Positions 20,080 through 31,567 of a stretch of DNA of 64,000 bases are shown here, one piece after another; positions within the stretch are counted from its first letter, which is position 1; every line of letters starts with the position of its first letter. Below the pieces are notes generated by a model. That model ran no database searches and was not told the origin of the DNA. It saw nothing but the letters and a program-made list of their open reading frames with translations. A program made the translations under genes and the position numbers. Location: NCBI GenBank assembly GCA_963749495.1, contig CAVVMW010000004.1, positions 224,001 through 288,000 of the forward strand. Reading direction: 5' to 3'. This DNA comes from an uncultured bacterium (lineage in GTDB: Bacteria > Verrucomicrobiota > Verrucomicrobiia > Limisphaerales > UBA8199).

Positions 20080-20754
20080 ATGAAAAAGATATCGGTTTTG
20101 CTCGTGGACGACCACACCGTAGTGCGCCAGGGCCTGCGCGCCCTGCTCAAGTCGGAGGAAGACATCGAGGTCGTCGGCGAGGCGGAAAACGGGCGCCAGG
20201 CCGTGATGCTGGCCCGGAAGACCCCGCCCGACGTCGTGGTCATGGACGTGGCTATGCCTCTGTTGAACGGTTTGGAGGCCACGCGGCAGATCCTCAAGAG
20301 CGTGCCGTCCGCCAAGGTGCTGGTGCTGACTTCGTATGGCGACGATGAATGCGTCGAGCAACTGATGCAGGCCGGGGCGGCGGGTTATCTCATCAAGCAA
20401 ACGGCGGCCGACGACCTTCTCAAGGCCATCCGCGAGGTCAAGCGCGGCAACGCCTACTTTAGCCCGGCCATTGCCAGGCGCCTGCGCGACCAGTGCCGCG
20501 AGGCCTTCACGAGCGGACAATCCCCAAAGAAGACGGGCGAGTTGACCTGCCGCGAGGCGGAGGTCCTGCAGTTGATTGCTGAGGGCTTTTCCAACAAACA
20601 GATCGCCTCCGAATTGAGCATCAGCATCAAGACCGTCGAAAAACACCGGCAGCAGGTGATGAACAAGCTCAATATTCACGACGTGGCGGGCCTGACCCGC
20701 TACGCCCTCTCCAAGGGCATGATCGAACGCAGCACCCCGGCGCTGAGCGCGTGA
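20080..20754 (+). CDS. NarL/LuxR family response regulator
   Basis: REC domain (LVDDH...MDVAMP) plus LuxR HTH (LT.RE.EVL...ISIKTVEKHR). Confidence 0.95.
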   Translation: MKKISVLLVDDHTVVRQGLRALLKSEEDIEVVGEAENGRQAVMLARKTPPDVVVMDVAMPLLNGLEATRQILKSVPSAKVLVLTSYGDDECVEQLMQAGAAGYLIKQTAADDLLKAIREVKRGNAYFSPAIARRLRDQCREAFTSGQSPKKTGELTCREAEVLQLIAEGFSNKQIASELSISIKTVEKHRQQVMNKLNIHDVAGLTRYALSKGMIERSTPALSA

Positions 20755-20916
20755 GGCCGGTTGCCGCCGGGCTCCGCGCGGGTCTGGCTTGCTCCCAACC
20801 TTCGTCGCAACCTTTGTCGCCTGGGCTCTTTCTCGACAAAGGTGACGACAAAGGCCGCGACAAAGGTCTGGATTTGGGGTTTTTGGGTGCGCGAGCGATT
20901 TGCTCGAGCGCCCACC

Positions 20917-20972
20917 CTGCCGCCTAAAGGCGGCGTTCCGGATGGCTGCGGAACGCCGCCTTTAGGCGGCAG
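20917..20972. repeat. Perfect 24-bp inverted repeat (ctgccgcctaaaggcggcgttccg)
   Basis: Directly visible; each arm is itself partly palindromic. Confidence 0.8.
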
Positions 20973-21010
20973 CGAGGAACTCCGTCCTGCGCCCTGGGGT
21001 TTCAGGGCCG

Positions 21011-21199
21011 TTGACAAAGTTGTAGCGCAGGTTTCCAAACCTGCCGTATCGCCGATTTCCAATCGGCAGGGCGTCGGCATGTCGAGCGCCCCCGGTTTGC
21101 GGACGGCCTGCGGGTTTGGAAACCCGCGATACAGCAGGTTTGGAAACCTGCGCTACGCTGGCGCCCCTGGCGCACGGGCGCGCCGAGCGACTTTGTCAA
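21011..21199. repeat. Intact composite REP/MITE (ttgacaaagt ends enclosing REP family A)
   Basis: Near-identical reverse complement of the split copy 28571-28628 + 31567-31700. Confidence 0.85.
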
Positions 21200-21236
21200 G
21201 GGCCCTGCCTGGGGTTTTTGGGTCCGCGAAAGGGAC

Positions 21237-21265
21237 TTGCCACATTGGGATATATGGGGTATAAA
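21237..21265 (+). promoter_or_regulatory. Sigma70-like promoter TTGCCA-N17-TATAAA
   Basis: Near-consensus elements ~30 bp upstream of ATG 21297. Confidence 0.55.
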
Positions 21266-21296
21266 TCGGGTGTACCACTTGCTAGAGCTCCGTTTT

Positions 21297-21824
21297 ATGA
21301 ACTGGGCAGACGAACCAGCTACGGAGACGCAACTCGGTCACCTGGGGCAACTCGGCTACAGGCCCGCTGCCGCGCTGACCAAAGGGGAGGCTGCGCGTTT
21401 GATTAGCTGGTTCGAGCGCCACCGCGCCAATCCGTCTTCACCCGGAGAGGCCGCCCTCCATGAGAAGGCCGAGCCGGAGGCCTACCTGCTTCGCATCGCC
21501 GTGGCCAGCCGCAAACGGACGCCCACCTCGGCCCAGGGGCAGACCCTGGACGCGTTCCAGCAGGAGCTGCATCTGGCCCTGGAGCGGCGCCAGGAATTTT
21601 GGCTCGACACATGCCGCGAGGTCACCCAAATGCGCCAGCCGTCCAACCAGGTGCTCGAGCTCTACAAACAGCACGGCTGCCGCTTCTTCCCCCCCAAACG
21701 CCTGGAGGCCCAGGAAATCCTCGACGCCCTGGACTCCGCCATGCCAAGCTGGGACATAGAGCACCCTGCGCCTTTCTACCAGACCCTCGAGTTGAACTTC
21801 CCGCAATTGGTGCGCCTCCGCTGA
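21297..21824 (+). CDS. Hypothetical protein
   Basis: Coding-like GC3 bias, promoter upstream; no family recognised. Confidence 0.7.
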   Translation: MNWADEPATETQLGHLGQLGYRPAAALTKGEAARLISWFERHRANPSSPGEAALHEKAEPEAYLLRIAVASRKRTPTSAQGQTLDAFQQELHLALERRQEFWLDTCREVTQMRQPSNQVLELYKQHGCRFFPPKRLEAQEILDALDSAMPSWDIEHPAPFYQTLELNFPQLVRLR

Positions 21825-21843
21825 AGGGGCGCATCTGGCCGAG

Positions 21844-22114
21844 GATTGCCATTAAAAGCGTCGGCTATGCGCCTCAGGAGTTTTGTCCCGGAGGGACATC
21901 CGACAATAGCCCGGCGTTTCAACGCCGGGGAGGCCGCAAGAGGGATCCTCGTCCCGAAGGGACGACTGAGAACACTCCCGGCTTTCAGCCGTCCCTTCGG
22001 GACGGACCTCCTCCTTGGGTCCGGTCACCCGGCGTTGAAACGCCGGGCTATTGTCGGAAGCCCCTTCGGGGCAAAAAGGCGCCGAGGGCTGACCAACAGT
22101 TTTTAATCGCACCC
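21844..22114. repeat. ~270-bp MITE-like multi-hairpin element, copy 1
   Basis: aatagcccggcgtttcaacgccggg / cccggcgttgaaacgccgggctatt and gtcccgaagggac hairpins; inverted copy at 26397-26669. Confidence 0.8.
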
Positions 22115-22173
22115 CTCGCCGAAATCTGATTTGCGCTCAGCGCCGCGGACGGCGTAAGTTGATGGCTGCTGGC

Positions 22174-24002
<1,829 letters not shown>

Positions 24003-24004
24003 TT

Positions 24005-26359
24005 ATGAATTCTAACATTCTCCGCAAAGATTCCGGCCTGCTCGGAGGGGGAGCGGCGGGAAGAGTCGAATTTGGCCTCGTTGCGTTGTTGCTGGCTGCC
24101 CTGGCGTCCGCGGCGCTGGCGGGGGCGCCGGCGCCGGTCACTCTGGCCAGCCCGCTGCAAGGGACGGACTCGGAGTTTCAGTTTTCGCACGGGAACGAGT
24201 ACCCGGCCATCGCGTTGCCGTTCCCGATGAACACCTGGGCGCCCTACACCCAGCCGGCGCGCGACTCGTTCTATTATCAATACCGCCAGACCAGGATTCG
24301 CGGCATCCGCCAGACGCACCAGCCCAGCCCATGGATCAACGATTACGCCGTCTTCGCCCTTATGCCTGTCTGGGGCAAACTCGCCCTCAAGGAGGACGAG
24401 CGCGCCTCGGTCTTCAGGCACGAGCAGGAAACCGCCCAGCCCAGCTACTACCGTGTCCGCCTGGATACCTGGAAGGCCATCGCCGAGGTCACCCCCACCG
24501 AACGGTGCGCCAGTTTCCGCTTCACCTTCGAGGAACCGGGGGAGGCTTATGTCGTGCTCGACGCGTTCCCGGGCGGCTCTGCAGTCGAGGTCATCCCCGC
24601 GGAAAACAAGATCGTCGGCATCAGCCGTTACAACCACGGCGGTGTGCCGGCCAATTTCGCCAACTACTTTGTCATCATCTTCGATCGGCCCTTCAGCGCC
24701 CACGGCGTTTGGTCGCCGGACGAGGTCAAGCCGGGCGAGACCCGCCTGGAGGGCAAGCAGGCCGGCGCCTTCGTGAAGTTCGATACGACGGACAATCGTG
24801 TGGTCGGCTGCCGGGTCGCCTCGTCGTTCATCAGCCCGGAGCAAGCGCTGCGCAACCTCGAGCACGAGATCGGCAAGGCCGATTTTGACGCCGTCCGCCG
24901 CCAGGCCGAGCAGCGATGGAACCAGGCCCTGGACCGCGCCCGCGTCGAGGGCGGCACTGAAGACCAGCGGCGCACCTTCTATTGCGCCCTCTACCGCAGC
25001 ATCCTCTATCCCCATCGCTTCTACGAACTGAACCAGGAGGGCCGCCCGGTCTATTTCAGCCCTTACGACGGCAAGCTCCACGAGGGTGTGCTTTACACCG
25101 ACTCAGGCTTCTGGGACACCTTCCGCGCGGCGCACCCGCTCTACAACCTGCTGTTCCCCGAGGTGAGCGCCGAGATTCTCCAGGGCCTTCTCAATGCCTA
25201 CGACCAGAGCGGCTGGCTGCCCTCGTGGTCCAGCCCGGGCCATCGCCCGTGCATGATCGGCAACCACGCCTTCTCGTTGCTGGCCGACGGCTGGGCCAAG
25301 GGCGTTTGCGGTTTCGACGCCCAAAAGGCGGTCACCGCCATGGTCCATGACGCCAACACGCAGGGACCCGGCAATTGCCGCTCGATCGGCCGCGACGGCG
25401 CGGAGTATTACCGCAAGCTCGGCTATGTCCCCTACTCGAACGTGCGCGGCGAACCCAGCGTCGAGGAGGCGGCCGCCAAGACACTCGAATATGCCTACGA
25501 CAACTTCTGCCTGGCCCGGCTGGCCCAGGCCATCGGGCGCAAGGCCGAGGCGGAGGAGTTCTACCGCAAGGCCCTCAATTACCAGAACCTCTTTGACACC
25601 AAGACCGGCTTCATGCGCGGCCGCAAGGCTGACGGCTCATGGTGCGAGCCCTTCGACCCGACCGAATGGGGCGGTCCCTTCACCGAAGGCTGTTCCTGGC
25701 ACTGGACCTGGAGTGTCTTCCACGACATCCCGGGCCTGGTCAAGCTCATGGGCGGCGACAGGGCCTTCGCCGACCGGCTCGACGCGGTGTTCACGGCGCC
25801 CAACACCTTCAAGGTCGGCACTTACCGCGGCACCATCCACGAGATGACCGAGATGGTTGCCCTGGACATGGGCCAGTACGCCCATGGCAACGAGCCGATC
25901 CATCACATGATCTACCTCTATGATTATGTCGGCCAGCCCTGGAAGACCCAGTCCCGCATCCGCCTGGCAATGAACATGCTCTACCAGGCCACACCCGACG
26001 GCCTCTGCGGCGATGAGGACACCGGCCAAATGTCCGCCTGGTATGTCCTGAGCGCGCTCGGCCTTTATGCCGTCTGCCCGGGCGACACCAACTACGTCAT
26101 CGGCAGCCCCCTCTTCGATCGCGCCACCCTCAGCCTGGCTGGCGGCAAGACCTTCACCGTCCTGGCCAACAACAACGGGACCCAGCATCCCTACATCCAT
26201 GCCGCTTCTCTCAATGGCCGGCCTTTTAATCGCACCTACCTCTCGCACCAGGAGGTCCTGGCCGGCGGCCAACTGGCCTTCGAGATGGTCTCCGCCCCGG
26301 ACTACAAGTGGGCCACCGGCAAGGATGCCCGGCCACCGGCCGTGATGCCCGCGGAATAG
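24005..26359 (+). CDS. GH92 alpha-mannosidase
   Basis: QTHQPSPW..DY, GFWDTFR, MIGNH, TLEYAYD, FTEG, YAHGNEP.HH, GDEDTGQMSAWY. Confidence 0.95.
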   Translation: MNSNILRKDSGLLGGGAAGRVEFGLVALLLAALASAALAGAPAPVTLASPLQGTDSEFQFSHGNEYPAIALPFPMNTWAPYTQPARDSFYYQYRQTRIRGIRQTHQPSPWINDYAVFALMPVWGKLALKEDERASVFRHEQETAQPSYYRVRLDTWKAIAEVTPTERCASFRFTFEEPGEAYVVLDAFPGGSAVEVIPAENKIVGISRYNHGGVPANFANYFVIIFDRPFSAHGVWSPDEVKPGETRLEGKQAGAFVKFDTTDNRVVGCRVASSFISPEQALRNLEHEIGKADFDAVRRQAEQRWNQALDRARVEGGTEDQRRTFYCALYRSILYPHRFYELNQEGRPVYFSPYDGKLHEGVLYTDSGFWDTFRAAHPLYNLLFPEVSAEILQGLLNAYDQSGWLPSWSSPGHRPCMIGNHAFSLLADGWAKGVCGFDAQKAVTAMVHDANTQGPGNCRSIGRDGAEYYRKLGYVPYSNVRGEPSVEEAAAKTLEYAYDNFCLARLAQAIGRKAEAEEFYRKALNYQNLFDTKTGFMRGRKADGSWCEPFDPTEWGGPFTEGCSWHWTWSVFHDIPGLVKLMGGDRAFADRLDAVFTAPNTFKVGTYRGTIHEMTEMVALDMGQYAHGNEPIHHMIYLYDYVGQPWKTQSRIRLAMNMLYQATPDGLCGDEDTGQMSAWYVLSALGLYAVCPGDTNYVIGSPLFDRATLSLAGGKTFTVLANNNGTQHPYIHAASLNGRPFNRTYLSHQEVLAGGQLAFEMVSAPDYKWATGKDARPPAVMPAE

Positions 26360-26396
26360 GCTTCGTCAAGGCCGGCTTGCGGCTCAACCAGCAGGA

Positions 26397-26669
26397 GGGT
26401 GCGATGAAAACTGTCGGTCAGCCCACGGCGCCTTTTTTGCCCCGGAGGGGCTTCCGACAATAGCCCGGCGTTTCAACGCCGGGTGAGCGGACCCAAGGAC
26501 CAGGTCCGTCCCGAAGGGACGGCTGAAAGCAGGGAGTCCGCTCTCAGTCGTCCCTTCGGGACGAGCGTCCCTGTTGTGGCGTGCCCGGCGTTGAAACGCC
26601 GGGCTATTGTCAGATGTCCCTCCGGGACAAAACCCCACGAAGCCCATCGCCGAGGCTTCTAATCGCACC
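26397..26669. repeat. ~270-bp MITE-like multi-hairpin element, copy 2
   Basis: Ends gggtgcgat ... atcgcaccc; reverse-complement similarity to 21844-22114. Confidence 0.8.
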
Positions 26670-26740
26670 CCCAGCAGGAAACATTGCTTTTCCGGGAGGA
26701 AGCCGCTAGGGTACTCGACGAGACTGAGAAGGCTAGTATT

Positions 26741-26974
26741 ATGGAATTGACGACGAGTTGGACTGAGAAGGGCATCGAGATCGGGCGACAGGAAGGCCGT
26801 GAACAGGAGCGCCAGCTTCTTCTGCGCATGTTGCGCAAGCGGTTTGGCCCCATGGAGCCCGAATGGGAGGCGCGCATCGGCCAGTTCTCGTTCGAGCAAC
26901 TCGGAGAGTTAGGCGAGGCCCTGGTGGATTTCACCTCGCGCCTGGACATCAGGAACTGGCTGGCGACCCACTGA
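26741..26974 (+). CDS. Stand-alone Rpn-family C-terminal (DUF4351-like) protein
   Basis: MELTTSW.EKG...GRQEG...LL.ML.KRFG...QL.ELGEAL.DF.S..D...WL pattern. Confidence 0.75.
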   Translation: MELTTSWTEKGIEIGRQEGREQERQLLLRMLRKRFGPMEPEWEARIGQFSFEQLGELGEALVDFTSRLDIRNWLATH

Positions 26975-26984
26975 GAATTCAACA

Positions 26985-28493
26985 TTGCGAAACGAGAACC
27001 CGATAGCTTCGCTGACCTCGGAGTCCGGCGCCTCGGCTCAGCCCGCCGCCGCCTCGCCGGCGGCCGGTGGCCAGGGCCAGGCCTATCGCGGCCCGTTCGC
27101 GATCATGACGAGCCTCTTCTTCATGTGGGGCGTCATGAATGTCTCGAACGACATCCTGATCCCCCGCTTCAAGGAGGCCTTCGCACTCAGTTACTTCCAG
27201 GCGATGCTGGTCCAGTTCGCCTTCTTCGGCGCCTATTCGATCGGCGGCCTGGCCTATTTTTTGATCTCGATGTACTCTGGCGACCCGATCAACCGCATCG
27301 GCTACAAGAAGGGCGTTATCATCGGCCTGCTCATCTGCGCCTCGGGCAGCGTCTTGTTCTATCCGGCGGCGATGGCGGTTTCGTATCCGTTTTTTCTGAC
27401 CGCGTTGTTCATCGCCGGGCTGGGCCTGGCGATGCTGCAGATAGCCGCCAACCCGTACGTGACCATCCTGGGCTCGGAACGGACGGCCTCGGCACGGCTC
27501 AACCTCTCCCAGGCCTTCAATTCGTTCGGCACGACCATCGGCCCCATCATCGGCGGCTGGCTCATCTTCACGGTGTTCAATCGCCCCGGGGCGCACGGGG
27601 CCGACTCGGTCAAGATCCCCTACCTGGGCTTCGCCGCAGCCTATCTTTTCCTGGCGTTCTTTTTCACCGTTGCCCATGTCCCCAATTTCACGAACAAAGA
27701 GCAGGCGGTGCGCGGCCTTGGCGCTCTCAAGCACCCCCACACGGTCCTGGGGATGATCGCCATCTTCATGTACGTCGGCGGGGAGATCTCCACCGGCAGC
27801 ATCATCGTCAATTTCCTGGGCACCGAGAAGCTGGGCCATGTCCCCAGGGAGATCGCCAGCGGCTACCTGGCCTTTTATTGGGGCGGGCTGATGATCGGGC
27901 GGTTCATGGGCGCGTTTGCCCTGAGCGATATGCGCAAGGCGCTCAAGCACACGCTGGTGGTGGCCGTGCCGGTGACGGCCTTTCTGATCATCCTGTTGTT
28001 GCCGGCCGCGGGCAAGGCCCTGCACCTGGGCTGGGACCGCGCGGCGCTGCTCTGCAGCCTCCCCAATGCCCTGCGCTACGGTGTCTTCCTGGCCGTCCTG
28101 CTCGCCGCCTTTTTCGCGGGCGAATCCAGCCCGCACCGGATGCTGGCGCTCTTCAGCGGCGTCATCCTTGGCCTGATGCTCACGGGCATTGTCAGCGCCG
28201 GCGAAACGGCCAAATGGGCCATCCTGTGCGTCGGGCTGTTCTGTTCGGTGATGTGGTCCAACATCTTCTCATTGGCCATCGAGGGGCTTGGCCCTCTCAA
28301 GAGCCAGGCCTCCTCGCTCCTGGTGGTGGCCATCCTGGGCGGCGCCGTGCTGCCGCCCACGCAGGGCCGGATCGCCGACCTCTACGGCGTTCAGGTCTCC
28401 TTTGTGGTTCCGATGGCGGCCTTTGCTTACATCGCCTTTTACGGGCTCTACGGCTATCGGGCGGGGCGAAACCCGGTCGTGAGCATAGAATAG
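26985..28493 (+). CDS. Sugar MFS transporter (FucP/GluP family)
   Basis: LFFMWG...NDILIP, LVQFAFF.AY, LQIAANPYV, RLNLSQAFNS.GT, FMYVG.E. Confidence 0.93.
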   Translation: MRNENPIASLTSESGASAQPAAASPAAGGQGQAYRGPFAIMTSLFFMWGVMNVSNDILIPRFKEAFALSYFQAMLVQFAFFGAYSIGGLAYFLISMYSGDPINRIGYKKGVIIGLLICASGSVLFYPAAMAVSYPFFLTALFIAGLGLAMLQIAANPYVTILGSERTASARLNLSQAFNSFGTTIGPIIGGWLIFTVFNRPGAHGADSVKIPYLGFAAAYLFLAFFFTVAHVPNFTNKEQAVRGLGALKHPHTVLGMIAIFMYVGGEISTGSIIVNFLGTEKLGHVPREIASGYLAFYWGGLMIGRFMGAFALSDMRKALKHTLVVAVPVTAFLIILLLPAAGKALHLGWDRAALLCSLPNALRYGVFLAVLLAAFFAGESSPHRMLALFSGVILGLMLTGIVSAGETAKWAILCVGLFCSVMWSNIFSLAIEGLGPLKSQASSLLVVAILGGAVLPPTQGRIADLYGVQVSFVVPMAAFAYIAFYGLYGYRAGRNPVVSIE

Positions 28494-28638
28494 AGCCTGT
28501 ACCAACAGCCCCGCGCGTGGGGGACCTTTGTCGCGGCCTTTGTCGCAGCCTTTGTCGAACCGCGGGGCCATTGACAAAGTCGCTCGGCGCGCCGGTGCGC
28601 CAGGGGCGCCAGCGTAGCGCAGGTTTCCGACGGTGGTT

Positions 28639-30735
28639 TCATACTACACCTGGTGCAATTTCGTTTAGGGCTTGCCGGCTTTTTGATTTGGCGATCCGCT
28701 TGGAGTTGGCCACCCAAGCCCGCAACGCCTGCTCTTGTTGGGCCGTCAACGCGATCCACATCCGGCCGTCGGGTTGCGCTTTTCGAGCTGTCACCAGTCC
28801 GTTCTTGAGCCAATAGTGAACCACGTATTGGCTAACGGCAAACTTTTGGCTCAGTTGCTGCACCGTCAACTCGCCGGGTTGTTGCAGCACTGGGGCCGGA
28901 ATGTGGTGCTTGCACCGAATCCAGGCGACCATACTGACGGTAAAAGCTCGGCCTTTGGCGCTTCGGAGGCCTTCCTGGTTCAGGGTGAGGGCAATCTGGC
29001 GGTCGGTCTGTTGCTGGGCGAGTTGCCGCACTTTGCTCACGAGGGCCTCCGTGTAGCGCCAGCGGTCGGCAGCGTTAAGCGGCAGCTCGACCACGAGGTC
29101 CTCGGTGGCCTCTCCTTGCCAGCGCAAATGCAAGATCGCCTGGTGCGTTGCCGGCCGCTTTTCCAGTGTAATATCCTTGAGCAGCAGCCGCAAAATGCAC
29201 TTGCGCTGCTTGGCGGTCGTGGTGGCCGCTTGCCAGAGCCGCGGCAGGTCCTCGGCCAGCAATCGTACCTGGGCCTGTTGCTCCGCCGACAAGGGCGGGG
29301 TTTGCTTTTCCTGATATTGCCGGTATTGCTGGCGCAACCCTTCGAGTTGCTGCAAGGCGTGTTCCCAACGTTGTTCGAGCGTCGCTGCTACCAGACGGTT
29401 GGCCGGATCAACTTCCTCGAAGCGCCGTTGGGCCAACTGCCCTTCATACTCGGCTCGCTGGATTCTGAGCTGCCATTGATGCTCCAACGCCTGGTCGCGC
29501 TGTTCCACCTCCGCCACGGCAGCCAAGGCGATTTCCACCTGCGCCGGCACCAGCGCCGACAAGATCCGCCGGGCGACGGCTTCATCCAGCAGGTCGCCAC
29601 GAACCGACCAGCAGCCTTTGCCTGCCAGTTCTCGCCGCCGCCAGTTGCATTCATACCAAACCAGGCAACCGCCCTGTCCCACGTAACGCGGGGAGAGCCG
29701 GTGCCCGCACTGACCACAGACCAGCAGACCTTGCAGCAGCGCCGGCCCTTCGCGCGCCGCCGAACCGGCGGCGCCAGGGCAAGCGTTGGTTTGGTTCTGC
29801 GCCAGCCGCTGCTGGTTGGCCAGATATTCCTCCCAGGGGATGTAGCCCGGATGTTGGTTGGGCAGGTTCACTTGCCACTCGGCCAAAGGCATAGAGCGGA
29901 CGGTATTGTGCATCTGGCCAGTGGGCGAGAAGTTTTTGCAGGTTCGCCGCCGACCGAATACATAGGCCCCGGCGTAAGCCGGGTTGCGCAATAGACTCAG
30001 GACGCGGCCATGGTTCAAGCGGCCCCACCGCAACTGCCCGTTCCAGACTCCACCGTAGCTGCGCTTGGGGAAGAGCAACTGGTGCTTGGCAAAATGCTGC
30101 ACCACTCCGTAAGCGCTGGCGGTTTGCCCAAAGCTGCTGAAGACCAGGCGCACGGCGCCCTGCACCTCCTGGTCCGGGTCTAAAACGATGCCCTCGGCCT
30201 CGGCATAAACAAAGCCCACCGGCAGGGGAAAACGCAGTTGGCCTTTGCGCGCTTTGTTGAGCTTGCCGCCCTGGAGGCGGACGCGCAAGAAGTGCAGTTC
30301 GGCCTGGGACATCGTACCCTTGAGTCCCAAGAGCAAGCGGTCGTTGAAATCCCCGGGGTTGTAAGCGCCGTCTTCGTCGATGAGCAACGTGCCCGTCCAC
30401 CCACACAAGTCCACTAGCCGATGCCAGTCCAGATCCGAGCGCGACAGGCGGGAGGCCTCCAGGGCGAGAACCGCGCCCACCTTCTGTAAGGAGACCAGCG
30501 ACACCACTCGTTGGAAATCCGGTCGGTTGGCCATCTGGCTGCCCGAGATCCCCAGGTCGCCGTCCAGAGTGAGTATCCGCTCCGGCGGCCAGCCCAGTTG
30601 AAGGGCCTTGTCCCGGAGCGCGTATTGGCGCTCGGTGCTCTCCCGGTGCTGGCGCACTTGGTTGAGGGTCGACTGGCGCAGGTAAATGCAGGCCAGTTTT
30701 TGGCGATGAGTTTCCTGGACCAACTCGGTGTTCAT
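28639..30735 (-). CDS. Large serine recombinase (resolvase + recombinase + Zn ribbon + coiled coil + C-terminal HTH)
   Basis: YLRQST catalytic Ser, DLGISG, SRLSR, LLQGLLVCGQCG, VDPANRLVAATLE. Confidence 0.93.
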   Translation of the reverse strand: MNTELVQETHRQKLACIYLRQSTLNQVRQHRESTERQYALRDKALQLGWPPERILTLDGDLGISGSQMANRPDFQRVVSLVSLQKVGAVLALEASRLSRSDLDWHRLVDLCGWTGTLLIDEDGAYNPGDFNDRLLLGLKGTMSQAELHFLRVRLQGGKLNKARKGQLRFPLPVGFVYAEAEGIVLDPDQEVQGAVRLVFSSFGQTASAYGVVQHFAKHQLLFPKRSYGGVWNGQLRWGRLNHGRVLSLLRNPAYAGAYVFGRRRTCKNFSPTGQMHNTVRSMPLAEWQVNLPNQHPGYIPWEEYLANQQRLAQNQTNACPGAAGSAAREGPALLQGLLVCGQCGHRLSPRYVGQGGCLVWYECNWRRRELAGKGCWSVRGDLLDEAVARRILSALVPAQVEIALAAVAEVEQRDQALEHQWQLRIQRAEYEGQLAQRRFEEVDPANRLVAATLEQRWEHALQQLEGLRQQYRQYQEKQTPPLSAEQQAQVRLLAEDLPRLWQAATTTAKQRKCILRLLLKDITLEKRPATHQAILHLRWQGEATEDLVVELPLNAADRWRYTEALVSKVRQLAQQQTDRQIALTLNQEGLRSAKGRAFTVSMVAWIRCKHHIPAPVLQQPGELTVQQLSQKFAVSQYVVHYWLKNGLVTARKAQPDGRMWIALTAQQEQALRAWVANSKRIAKSKSRQALNEIAPGVV

Positions 30736-30862
30736 AAGCAGCGTTGGCCGCCCAAGGCGGCGGAGGCAAGGGTGCGCCAGCCCGACGGAACGCCTGGAGC
30801 ATGGTGGCGACCACCTGCGCCACCGGCCGGGGATCGATCCGCAAGGCCGCCGGCTGCATCGC

Positions 30863-31195
30863 TCAGACCTTCTCCTGGCGGCGTAAGAGTTGGCGGTTGA
30901 TGTCGCATATCTGTTCCAACAGATGGCGCACGTGCTGAAAGTTTTTTATCAGGGCTTGGACCTGGGCGTGCTGCTGCTGAGAGAGGTATTGGAGTTGGGG
31001 ACGGCCGTGGGGATAGCTGACCGACAAATAGTATTTGGGACCGTGACCGCGGCCGGAGGCGCAGTGGCAACCGGGCTTGCCGCAGGGCAGGTATCGCTCG
31101 ATGAGCGAGCCGCGAACCACGCGCCGGGCCAAAGGAGGCAGGCGTTGGATCAAGGCCTGGCGTTTGCGGCGCAGGCTGGCGATGGAAGCGGGCAT
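30863..31195 (-). CDS. DUF6788-like small Cys/His protein
   Basis: RGSL.ERY..CGKPGCHC...HGPKYYLS motif. Confidence 0.75.
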   Translation of the reverse strand: MPASIASLRRKRQALIQRLPPLARRVVRGSLIERYLPCGKPGCHCASGRGHGPKYYLSVSYPHGRPQLQYLSQQQHAQVQALIKNFQHVRHLLEQICDINRQLLRRQEKV

Positions 31196-31196
31196 G

Positions 31197-31254
31197 ATTA
31201 TCAGAACAGTTAAATAACTGTTCTGATAATGGATCGGTCAAGGGCATCTGTCAA
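31197..31254 (-). promoter_or_regulatory. Element promoter (TTGACA-N17-CATTAT) with perfect 16-bp palindrome
   Basis: attatcagaacagtta-aa-taactgttctgataat (31197-31230), overlapping the -10 element and ending just before ATG 31195. Confidence 0.6.
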
Positions 31255-31567
31255 CTCCTTTCTGGTTCGAAGAGGCCGGCGGGCCGGACGCCTTCAACTG
31301 CCGCAGCAGTTGCACCAACTCCAGCAGTGCGGGCGCCGACAGCCGGCGCGCGGTCCCCGCGCTCGTCGGCACCGCCTTGTCGGTCCAGTCCTCCAAAATG
31401 GAAAAGGTGCCACCTTCTCCCCCCTCCAGAATCAGCGTGGCCTGACCGCGGTAGCGCCGGGCTTCGACCACCCGGAACCGCTCTCCGCGCCGGGGATGGA
31501 AGGGGTGGGTGATTACCGCCCATCCCAAAAGTTCACCTGCACCATGTGCAGTTCGCACTAACTGTCC
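31238..31567 (-). CDS. DUF5372 (Y4bD/Y4pK)-like protein; 5' end located at the opposite element end
   Basis: ITHPFHP..G..F...WTD...L..L..L motif; no ATG in the integrated state. Confidence 0.7.
   Translation of the reverse strand, partial: GQLVRTAHGAGELLGWAVITHPFHPRRGERFRVVEARRYRGQATLILEGGEGGTFSILEDWTDKAVPTSAGTARRLSAPALLELVQLLRQLKASGPPASSNQKGVDRCP

Larger units (their letters stand above)
28629..31566 (-). mobile_element. Large serine recombinase integrative element inserted in a REP palindrome (CC crossover duplicated at 28627-28628 and 31567-31568)
   Basis: Flanks rejoin into the REP seen intact at 21011-21199; element ends form a 29-bp imperfect inverted repeat. Confidence 0.88.
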
